Positions 57,323 through 64,000 of a stretch of DNA of 64,000 nt are shown here, one piece after another (position 1 is the stretch's first letter; each line of letters begins with the position of its first letter). Location: positions 32,001 to 96,000 of the forward strand of contig JAYKHR010000155.1 in NCBI GenBank assembly GCA_035285125.1, read 5' to 3'. The notes under the pieces are model-generated. The model saw nothing but the letters and a program-made list of their open reading frames with translations. It did no database searches and had not been told where the DNA came from. Made by a program: the position numbers and the translations under genes. Origin of the DNA: Candidatus Sericytochromatia bacterium. GTDB taxonomy: Bacteria > Cyanobacteriota > Sericytochromatia > S15B-MN24 > JAQBPE01.

Positions 57323-58755
57323 AGCGCCCGCGGCAGGTCCTCGAACACCGCCGCCACCTCAGCGCGCAGCTCCGGCGTGCGCGCAAGGAAATCGTAGGGC
57401 TCACCCTGCCGTGCCAGCGCCACCACCTCGTCCACCTCGTCCACGTAGCGGTTGACCACGCGCGTCACCCGCTCGGCGCCAGCGGCTGCGTCCCCGCGCC
57501 CCAAGGCCTTGTAAGCCGTATCGTCCAGCTTCAGCAGGCCCTTGTACACGGCGTCATGAAGGCTGGTCGTCGTGCCGGCGGCTCGGAAGGGCGTGTCGAA
57601 GAACTGCGAGAGCTGACGCGGCCCCACCTGCAGCTCATACCAGAGCCCGCTCGCGTCGCGAATCTTGACGTGGAGGCGCCCCCGGTAGAACGGCTGCCCG
57701 ACCACATGGTCGCGCACGATCAGGTTGTCGTCCCCGAAGTGCCGCCTCAGGGTGTCCATCATGCCTCGCAGGCGCTCTGGCTGAAGGCTCGGCAGGTCGA
57801 TGCGGCCACGCGCCAGGTCGTCCAGATGCCCCAGGCGCACCCGGGGCCCGTCGGTGGCCTGCCAGCCGCGCAGCTTGCCCGCCGCCCGCACGGGGTCCTT
57901 GGGGACGCCCTCGGGACGCAGCCCCAGCAGGCGCGTGAGCTCGTCGTCCATCCGGGCGTCGACGGAGTGGGTCAAGGCCTTGAAGCGACGCTTGACGGTG
58001 GGGTCAGCGGCCAGGCGCCGGGGCCCTACCTGCGAGATGGACCTGAACCTGCGCCGGTCGCGGAGGATTCCGTCGCTGGCCCGCCGCAACAGCACGCGCC
58101 GCGGCGCATTGACCATCAGCTGGCCTTCGCCGAGCACCTGGCCAGTGAGGCGGGTGCCCGTGCCCATCGCGCGCTGAGTCAGCGCGAGGTCGTCGACGCG
58201 CGCCGCCAGCCTTGCCCCGCGCAGGCGGCCCACGGCGCCGGCAGCCCGCTGCGTCCCGATCACCAGGGTGCCGACGTCCACCGCAGCCCGGCCCACCACC
58301 GCCCAGCGCCGGCCGGCGGCCCAGTCCTGCCGGTAGGGGTGCAGCACCGCCTGCCCCGCGGCCCGCCAGAAGGCCCCGTCCTCCGCCAGCGTATGGGCCA
58401 GGCCACCTTGCAGGGCCCGGGGAAGCCACAGCGGCGACAGCGGGACGTGCCCCAGCATCGCCCCCAGCCCCTGGAGGGTCTGCACCGGGTGCCGCACGAC
58501 GGTCCACAGGCCCTCGGCCATCCCGCCGACGGCACTGAGGACGCCCACCAGCAGCTGGGCGAAGCCGCCGGCGCCCTGGCGAGCAGCCGCCGCCTCGAAG
58601 CCTTCAGCCGCGTCGTCAAGGCGCCGCACCAGGCCCTCGTGAAGCTGGTCCACCGCGGCGAGCGGGGCCGCCGGCTCGGCCTCGGGGCCGGGCGCGGGGG
58701 CCGGGGGGCGGCGCTGCAGGGCGCCGGGGGTGGCGGAGAGGATGGGGTCAGTCAT
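57301..58755 (-). CDS. Hypothetical protein with C-terminal RelA/SpoT-like nucleotidyltransferase domain
   Basis: N-terminal hydrophobic/helical region (GLWTVVRHPVQTLQGL); C-terminal PK......GK, LDDLARGRI, FYRGRLHV and YELQV motifs. Confidence 0.65.
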   Translation of the reverse strand: MTDPILSATPGALQRRPPAPAPGPEAEPAAPLAAVDQLHEGLVRRLDDAAEGFEAAAARQGAGGFAQLLVGVLSAVGGMAEGLWTVVRHPVQTLQGLGAMLGHVPLSPLWLPRALQGGLAHTLAEDGAFWRAAGQAVLHPYRQDWAAGRRWAVVGRAAVDVGTLVIGTQRAAGAVGRLRGARLAARVDDLALTQRAMGTGTRLTGQVLGEGQLMVNAPRRVLLRRASDGILRDRRRFRSISQVGPRRLAADPTVKRRFKALTHSVDARMDDELTRLLGLRPEGVPKDPVRAAGKLRGWQATDGPRVRLGHLDDLARGRIDLPSLQPERLRGMMDTLRRHFGDDNLIVRDHVVGQPFYRGRLHVKIRDASGLWYELQVGPRQLSQFFDTPFRAAGTTTSLHDAVYKGLLKLDDTAYKALGRGDAAAGAERVTRVVNRYVDEVDEVVALARQGEPYDFLARTPELRAEVAAVFEDLPRALWPVTLR

Positions 58756-59022
58756 GGGTGGGGTGGGCTGGGGCAAGCCCTCCCCTTTCCATGCCACGGC
58801 CGTGCGGGGTTGAAACGCGCGTGCGTTCCTGATTCCGCATCAACCCTTTCCCGCTGGCCCGGGCCCCTTCCCAGCGAAAGCTGAGAGCGCATTGCTTGCG
58901 CGCCCCCCGGGTGAACGCAGATGGACCCTCCCCCGGCCTCCGGGACAGGGTGGCCGCAGGCCGGATGAGGGGCCGTTGCGGCAAGACGGTCCGCGGGGGC
59001 AGCACCGGGCACTGGCCCGGCG

Positions 59023-60093
59023 TCAGGTGGCCCCCACGGCGTCCAACCCCTCGGCTGCTCGCGCCACGTGGCCAAGGGCCGCAGCCAGCGCCACGAGCAC
59101 CCAGAGCCGCGGGCCGAGGCGCGCATCGACGTCGAGGGGGGCTTCGAGGCGGGTGTCGAGCTCCCGCAAGCGGCGCACCTCGTCCCGCGCTGCAGCCGCC
59201 GCCTCCTCGTGGCGCCCGTCCTCGGCGGCATCGAGGGCCTGCACCCCGACTCGTAACGAGGCCACGCAGGTGGCGAGCAGCATCGGGTCGGCCGCATCCT
59301 GGGCCTCCGGCGGCAGGGCCAGCAAGGCCCGGGCCGCCCCGGCCGCGTCCTGGACGTGGTGCACCACCTGCTCCAGCTCACGAGCCGCGGCAACGGCCCC
59401 GCCCGGGGCCAACCAGCCGCCTGGAAGCATCGCCGCGTCGCGACTGAGGTCCGCGAGGTCCTGCCGGTTCGCCCCCAGGGCCCCGAAGGCTCGGTCGAAC
59501 CCGGCCAGCGCGCGCTGCACCGCCTCCCGGTCCCGCCGGTCGACGGCCTCCGCGAGCCGCGTGAGCATGTCCCGCACCTCCCGGATGCCCGCGCGAAGGC
59601 GCACCGCGATGTTGACGCGCGCCATCAGCGGCACCGCCACAAGGTTGACACCCAGGGCGACGGCGACGCCCAGCATCAGCGATCCCTCGCGGACCCAGGC
59701 CCGCTCCAACCAGGTGCCTTCGAACGGCTGGCCCATGTAGGCCACCGAGAACAGGATGACGATGAGCCCATTGGCGCTCCAGCCCAGCCAGGTCCCGAGG
59801 CCCCAGCCGAAGGCAGCCGCCGCGGCGATGGCGAACGGCCCCGCCCCCAGCGCCGTGATCGCGAGGGCCACAAGCCCGGTGCCCAGGAGGCTGGCAAAGA
59901 CCTGGTCCCGCGAGTCGCGCAGCGCCCCCGTGACGGACGGGCGTGTGCACAGGAGCGCGATGAAGATGACGGAGATCACGTCCTGCGGCAGCCAGCGGGC
60001 GCCGACCCAGGCCGCCAGGCCAGCCGCCGCCCCGAACTTGGCTGAGACCAGCAGCAGGTGGGCGCGGCGCGCGCCGAGAGCAGACAGGCGCAC
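59023..60093 (-). CDS. FUSC/aromatic acid exporter family membrane protein
   Basis: AKFGAAAGLA.W, IALLCTRPSV..AL.DS.DQ..ASLLG; several TM helices followed by a helical cytoplasmic domain. Confidence 0.72.
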   Translation of the reverse strand: MRLSALGARRAHLLLVSAKFGAAAGLAAWVGARWLPQDVISVIFIALLCTRPSVTGALRDSRDQVFASLLGTGLVALAITALGAGPFAIAAAAAFGWGLGTWLGWSANGLIVILFSVAYMGQPFEGTWLERAWVREGSLMLGVAVALGVNLVAVPLMARVNIAVRLRAGIREVRDMLTRLAEAVDRRDREAVQRALAGFDRAFGALGANRQDLADLSRDAAMLPGGWLAPGGAVAAARELEQVVHHVQDAAGAARALLALPPEAQDAADPMLLATCVASLRVGVQALDAAEDGRHEEAAAAARDEVRRLRELDTRLEAPLDVDARLGPRLWVLVALAAALGHVARAAEGLDAVGAT

Positions 60094-60100
60094 GCCCCGC

Positions 60101-60379
60101 TCAGTCGTGCGAATGGCCGCCCGGGAACATGTGCAGGGCGTGGTGGAAGGCACCCTCCAGTTCGAGCAGGGCCATCACGTCCGCGGCAGCTTCCTCGGAC
60201 CCGACGGCCGCGAGCAGCTCTTCATCGCCGAAGTGGCGAGGCAGGCGGTCGAGCAGGCCGGGGAAGCGGGCCTCCCGCAGGGCACTGGCCGCGTCCATCA
60301 GCAGCTCGCACTCGGCGCGGACGAGGGTGTAGCGGGCGAGGGTCTCCTCGGTGCCGAGGTTCAACATGTCGAACTGCAC
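60101..60379 (-). CDS. Small hypothetical protein
   Basis: 92-aa ORF, GTG start after AAGGA, good codon bias, directly upstream of the FUSC gene. Confidence 0.6.
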   Translation of the reverse strand: MQFDMLNLGTEETLARYTLVRAECELLMDAASALREARFPGLLDRLPRHFGDEELLAAVGSEEAAADVMALLELEGAFHHALHMFPGGHSHD

Positions 60380-60469
60380 GGTGGTGGTCCTTCAGCGTGA
60401 TCGATGGGGGAATACGAAAAGGCCGCTCGCAGGGGCTCCAGAGGAGCTGGCGCGATGCGGCCTTCGAAG

Positions 60470-60540
60470 AGCCGGTGATGGGAATCGAACCCACGCCCCA
60501 AGCTTGGGAAGCTCGTTTGCTACCATTACAACACACCGGC
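60470..60540 (-). tRNA. tRNA-Gly (CCC)
   Basis: GCCGGTG acceptor stem, anticodon arm CGAGC-TTCCCAA-GCTTG, GGTTCGATTCC T-arm; CCA not encoded. Confidence 0.95.
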
Positions 60541-60578
60541 AAGGTAGGTCCGTATTGTAGGGTCCTGCCCGAACAGCG

Positions 60579-61049
60579 TCAAGGGGAGGCCCCGGCGGCC
60601 TCCAGCGCCCCCGTCAGGGCGAGCCAGCTCGTCGCCCCGGTGAACCGGGCGCGCACGCGCCCCTCCGGGCCGACCACCAGGTACGTGGGGGTGCGCGTCA
60701 GCCCGACCTCCTCGGCCAGCGCAAAGGCAGCGCGGTGCTCGGGCGTGCCGGGCACCAGGCGGTCGAGGACGTGGCGGCGCACCGTGGCGCGCCCCGCGTA
60801 GCGGCGCTCGAGTTGGGAGACCACGGGACCCATGGCCAGGCACGCCGGTCAGCGGGAGCCGTCAAAGACCACCAGCACGGGGCGACCGTCCGTCGCGACC
60901 CTCACAGGCGCCAGCGCGGCGGCCGCGTCGTCTCCGCGGCTCGGAAGGACGCACCGCGTGACCAGGACGCCCAGCACGGCGACCCAGAGAGCCCGCTCGA
61001 TCCAGACGACGGCCGCGACGCGCTTGGCGGAGACCTCGGACACGCCCAC
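60579..61049 (-). CDS. Membrane-anchored thioredoxin-fold selenoprotein (UxxC; TGA at 60851-60849)
   Basis: ORF-track fragments 60849..61049 and 60579..60833 are in frame; readthrough gives GRPVLVVFDGSR-U-PAC-LAMGP...GLTRTPTYLVVGPEG..RARFTG, a complete Trx fold. SECIS-like hairpin follows; the start may be GTG 61043. Confidence 0.85.
60819..60837 (-). promoter_or_regulatory. Putative bacterial SECIS element
   Basis: GGCCAUGG-GUC-CCGUGGUC hairpin with the loop at +20..+22 after the UGA. Confidence 0.7.
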
Positions 61050-61062
61050 CTCCCAGACTCAG

Positions 61063-61096
61063 AAAAAACACGAGGCCCGCTGACGCGGACCTCGTG
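61063..61096 (-). terminator. Rho-independent terminator after tRNA-fMet
   Basis: On the minus strand CACGAGGTCCGC-gtca-GCGGGCCTCGTG followed by TTTTTT. Confidence 0.85.
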
Positions 61097-61102
61097 ATGG
61101 AG

Positions 61103-61176
<74 letters not shown>

Positions 61177-61181
61177 AGCTC

Positions 61182-61210
61182 AATATACCAGCCCCCCGAA
61201 CTCCTGTCAA
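61182..61210 (-). promoter_or_regulatory. Sigma70-type promoter of tRNA-fMet
   Basis: TTGACA (61210-61205), 17-bp spacer, TATATT (61187-61182) preceded by TGG. Confidence 0.85.
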
Positions 61211-61430
61211 AGCCCCCCTCGGATCTCAGGCGTTCGCCCAGCGCCCCAGCCAGCTTGCAGCCTGACAGCCAAGGGCCTCGGGCACACGGCCCCCCCCCTG
61301 GTCGCCCGTCAGCCGGGGCCCCTGACGCACGGTGCCCTTGAAGCTGACGGGGCAGACCAGGTCCCCGCCAGCCCAGGGGCCCGGAGGCGGGGCATCCGGT
61401 ACAATGAAACCCACTGAAAGGGGACCCACG

Positions 61431-61796
61431 ATGCGATACATGCTGACAGCCTGGGCGGTGGCAGCCCTCGCCTTCCTGCTGGCGGCCTACCTGTTGCCTG
61501 GCGGCTTCAAGATCATCGCCAATGGGGAGTTCGAGAGGCTCGGCGTGGCCATGGCCGGTGCGCTCGCCCTCGGCATCGCCAACGCCTTGGTCCGCCCGAT
61601 CGTGGTGCTCTTCGCCTTCCCGCTCACGATGATGACGCTGGGCTTGCTGCTGTTCGTCATCAACGGGGCAATGCTGTACCTCGCCACGGCGATGGTGCCG
61701 GGCCGCTTCGAGATCACCCACTTCGGCTATGCCGTGGCGGCGGCGGCGATCATCTCGGCGGTGAACACCATCGCCGGCTGGTTCCTGGAGAAGTAG
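61431..61796 (+). CDS. Four-TM membrane protein (DUF360 / phage-holin-like family)
   Basis: LGIANALVRPIV..FAFPLT.MTLGL.LFVING signature. Confidence 0.85.
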   Translation: MRYMLTAWAVAALAFLLAAYLLPGGFKIIANGEFERLGVAMAGALALGIANALVRPIVVLFAFPLTMMTLGLLLFVINGAMLYLATAMVPGRFEITHFGYAVAAAAIISAVNTIAGWFLEK

Positions 61797-61839
61797 GCCG
61801 CCTCCAGGGTATAGGACGGGCGTCCGGAGTCCCCGAGAG

Positions 61840-62157
61840 GTGCCCATGCCGACCATCGACACCGCCCAGTTCTTCGCCCTGCTGCGGCGTGCCCTGCGGG
61901 TCATCCCGTTCGCCCGCGAGGTGCTGTCGATGTACTACGCGCTGCTGGACCCGCGCACCCCGACGTGGGTGAAGGCGACGGTCGTGGGGGCGATCGCCTA
62001 CTTCATCTCGCCGGTCGACGCGATCCCGGACCTCGTGCCGATGCTCGGCTTCACGGACGACGCCAGCCTGGTCTTCGGCGCTTACCAGGCCGTCTCGGCC
62101 CACATCAGCGACGATCACCGGCTGCAGGCGGACGACTGGCTCGAAAAGAACGCGTGA
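61840..62157 (+). CDS. YkvA/DUF1232 family protein
   Basis: DPRTP.WVK..V.GAIAYFISPVDAIPD.VP.LGFTDD. Confidence 0.9.
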   Translation: MPMPTIDTAQFFALLRRALRVIPFAREVLSMYYALLDPRTPTWVKATVVGAIAYFISPVDAIPDLVPMLGFTDDASLVFGAYQAVSAHISDDHRLQADDWLEKNA

Positions 62158-62167
62158 CGCGTCCCGT

Positions 62168-63712
62168 TCAAGGCCGGTAAATTGACACCGGCACGTTGGT
62201 GCCGCCCGGCGTGAGCCAGGGCTTAGGCAGCGAGAGGGGGGAAGGCGCCGGCCAGCGCACCGCGAGAGCGTCCGTCACGCCACCCGCCCGGATGATCTCG
62301 TTGAAGGCGTCCGCTCCATCCGCCCGCCGCCGCGTGAAGTCACCCCGGCGGCAGTCCACCGTGAAGAGCCCGAACCTCGGGGAGAACGAGCCCCACTCGT
62401 AGTTGTCGGTGATGGACCAGTGGATGTAGCCCAGCACCGGCACGCCGTCTGCCATCGCCCGCTGGACCTGCTGGAGGTGGGCCACGGTGTAGGCGCTGCG
62501 GGTCCAGCGATCCCGGCGAGGGGCCAGATCGTAGGTTGCCATGCCGTTCTCGGCGATGAGGACCGGCAGCTTGTAGCGGGTGTGGTAGCGCTTCAGGGCG
62601 TTGTAAAGGCCCTCGGGATAGACCTCCCAGGTGTCGGCGCGCGGGAAGACGAACGGCAGATAAAGCCGGAACTTGCAGTAGTAGTCGAGAGCGGCGTAGT
62701 CGAGCTTGCGCCCCCCCTCCGCCATCAGGGCGTCCGCAAAGGCGGTATCGGAGCAGATCTCATGCTCCGCAACCTTGACCGGGTCGCGCGTGTCTTCCGC
62801 GCTGAGCGGCGCCGAGGGGGCCCCGAAGGCCCACTCCGCCGTGTACATATTGAACGACACCCGGGCGTCCGGGTCCTCGGCGTGGACGGCGTCGTAGGCC
62901 TCCCCGTGGGCCTGGATCATCCGCCGCATGGCCCGCAAACCGTCCAGCGGGGCGACCTTTCCGGGCGGCATCATGGGAGACAGCCACCCGCCAATCAGGA
63001 AGACGTTGGGCTCGTTGAAGGTCATGTACCAGCGCACGTCAGCGCCGAACTCGCGCGCGACGAAGGCCGCGTGCCGCTTGAAGGCCGCGACCGCCTCCTT
63101 GCTCTCCCAGCCGCCGTAGCGGTCGAGCCAGGCCGGGTAGGCGAAGTGCATCAGCGTCACCACGGGCTCCAGCCCGCGGGCGCGCATCGCCTTGAGCATG
63201 CGGTGGTAATGGGCGATCGCCTCGGGGTCACGCACGCCTTCCCGGGGCTCGATCCGCGCCCACTCGAGGCTCGTCCGGAACGCGTTGCAGCCCAGGCCGC
63301 GCGTGAGGTTGAAATCTTCCTCGTAGCGGACAATGCCGTCCGCGCCCCGCGGGTTGCGCTCTGACGTGCGCCCCGCGGCGTCGAAGGCCGCCCACTGCGA
63401 GGTGGTGTCCTGGCCTTCCCACTGGTAGCCCGCGGTGGAGACCCCCCACAGGAAGCCGCCGGGGACCTTCGGGAGGGCGGCGGCCCGGGCGCGAGTGGCA
63501 TCCGCCGGCACCGGCCGGGTGACCACGGGGGCCATGCCCCGGCCGCAGGCCACCAACATGGACGCCGCCAGGATGCCGAGCAAGCCACGACGCAGGGCGC
63601 TCAAGCGCCGCGATGCAAGATCCGTTGCAGCCACCGAAGCCTCCGCGCGGGCCTGCCAGGTTGCCCCGACTCGCCCCAAAAGGTTAGGGAACCCCAACCA
63701 AGGCTTAAGCAT
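62168..63712 (-). CDS. Glycoside hydrolase family 1, probable lipoprotein (true start probably downstream of 63712)
   Basis: FLWGVSTAGYQWEG, RTSLEWARIEP, TLMHF, TFNEP (acid/base), IAENG (nucleophile), WSITDNYEW; lipobox MLVAC. Confidence 0.9.
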   Translation of the reverse strand: MLKPWLGFPNLLGRVGATWQARAEASVAATDLASRRLSALRRGLLGILAASMLVACGRGMAPVVTRPVPADATRARAAALPKVPGGFLWGVSTAGYQWEGQDTTSQWAAFDAAGRTSERNPRGADGIVRYEEDFNLTRGLGCNAFRTSLEWARIEPREGVRDPEAIAHYHRMLKAMRARGLEPVVTLMHFAYPAWLDRYGGWESKEAVAAFKRHAAFVAREFGADVRWYMTFNEPNVFLIGGWLSPMMPPGKVAPLDGLRAMRRMIQAHGEAYDAVHAEDPDARVSFNMYTAEWAFGAPSAPLSAEDTRDPVKVAEHEICSDTAFADALMAEGGRKLDYAALDYYCKFRLYLPFVFPRADTWEVYPEGLYNALKRYHTRYKLPVLIAENGMATYDLAPRRDRWTRSAYTVAHLQQVQRAMADGVPVLGYIHWSITDNYEWGSFSPRFGLFTVDCRRGDFTRRRADGADAFNEIIRAGGVTDALAVRWPAPSPLSLPKPWLTPGGTNVPVSIYRP

Positions 63713-63863
63713 TTTTTAACCTAAACCAAGGATAGCACGCCCGGCTGGCGGTTGCAATGGCCCCAGCGCCGACAAATCGACACCTGTCAGGCCCATATGC
63801 TATAGAACCACCAAGCATCTGGGCTCCAACCCGATCCCCCACTCGCAGCCAGGGAGAACCGGC

Positions 63864-64000
63864 ATGACCATCGAGCGTGAGCAGAACCCTGTCGACGTCC
63901 TGTTCGTCGGCGCAGGCCCGGCCAGCCTGGCGGGCGCCCTGCACCTCGCCCGGCTCGTCAAGGCCCACAACGCCTCCGGCCAGGGCCCCAAGCTCGACGA
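63864..64000 (+). CDS. Electron transfer flavoprotein-ubiquinone oxidoreductase-like FAD protein (5' partial)
   Basis: GGAG RBS; MTIEREQNPVDVLFVGAGPASLAGALHLA dinucleotide-binding motif typical of the ETF-QO/FixC N-terminus. Confidence 0.75.
   Translation, partial: MTIEREQNPVDVLFVGAGPASLAGALHLARLVKAHNASGQGPKLD

Overview
This is a very GC-rich (roughly 70% or more, judged by eye), densely coding bacterial chromosome segment with no mobile element, prophage or CRISPR array. It has about 50 CDSs. Housekeeping genes include glmM, metG, tatD, murI, tldD/pmbA, accD-accA-pfkA, a thiolase, a DEAD-box helicase, a tRNA nucleotidyltransferase, phnDCE and xdhC/mocA. Envelope genes include a flotillin, a SPOR protein, an SLH porin, a TPR/OM-barrel/TonB trio and an isolated flhB. 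About ten predicted lipoproteins and two tRNAs (Gly-CCC, fMet) are also present. The cyanobacterial-style SLH porin, the diderm features and the Terrabacteria-type gene order suggest a non-photosynthetic relative of Cyanobacteria such as Sericytochromatia; this is inference only. The main finding is two genes split in the ORF track by an in-frame TGA, each followed by a SECIS-like hairpin with a GUC apical loop. One is a membrane-anchored thioredoxin with a U-P-A-C motif (60579-61049, minus strand), which indicates the organism decodes selenocysteine. The other is an unrecognised Cys-rich 535-aa lipoprotein (14167-15774) at the end of a three-lipoprotein operon led by a TlpA-like CxxC protein, a candidate new extracytoplasmic selenoprotein system. 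Other notable items are an SPFH protein fused to two L7/L12-CTD-like domains, an ACAD-like/cytoplasmic PhnD-like/TusA-ferritin cassette, a RelA/SpoT-like domain on a toxin-like scaffold, and a recurring TTAA-N7-TTAA operator-like motif.
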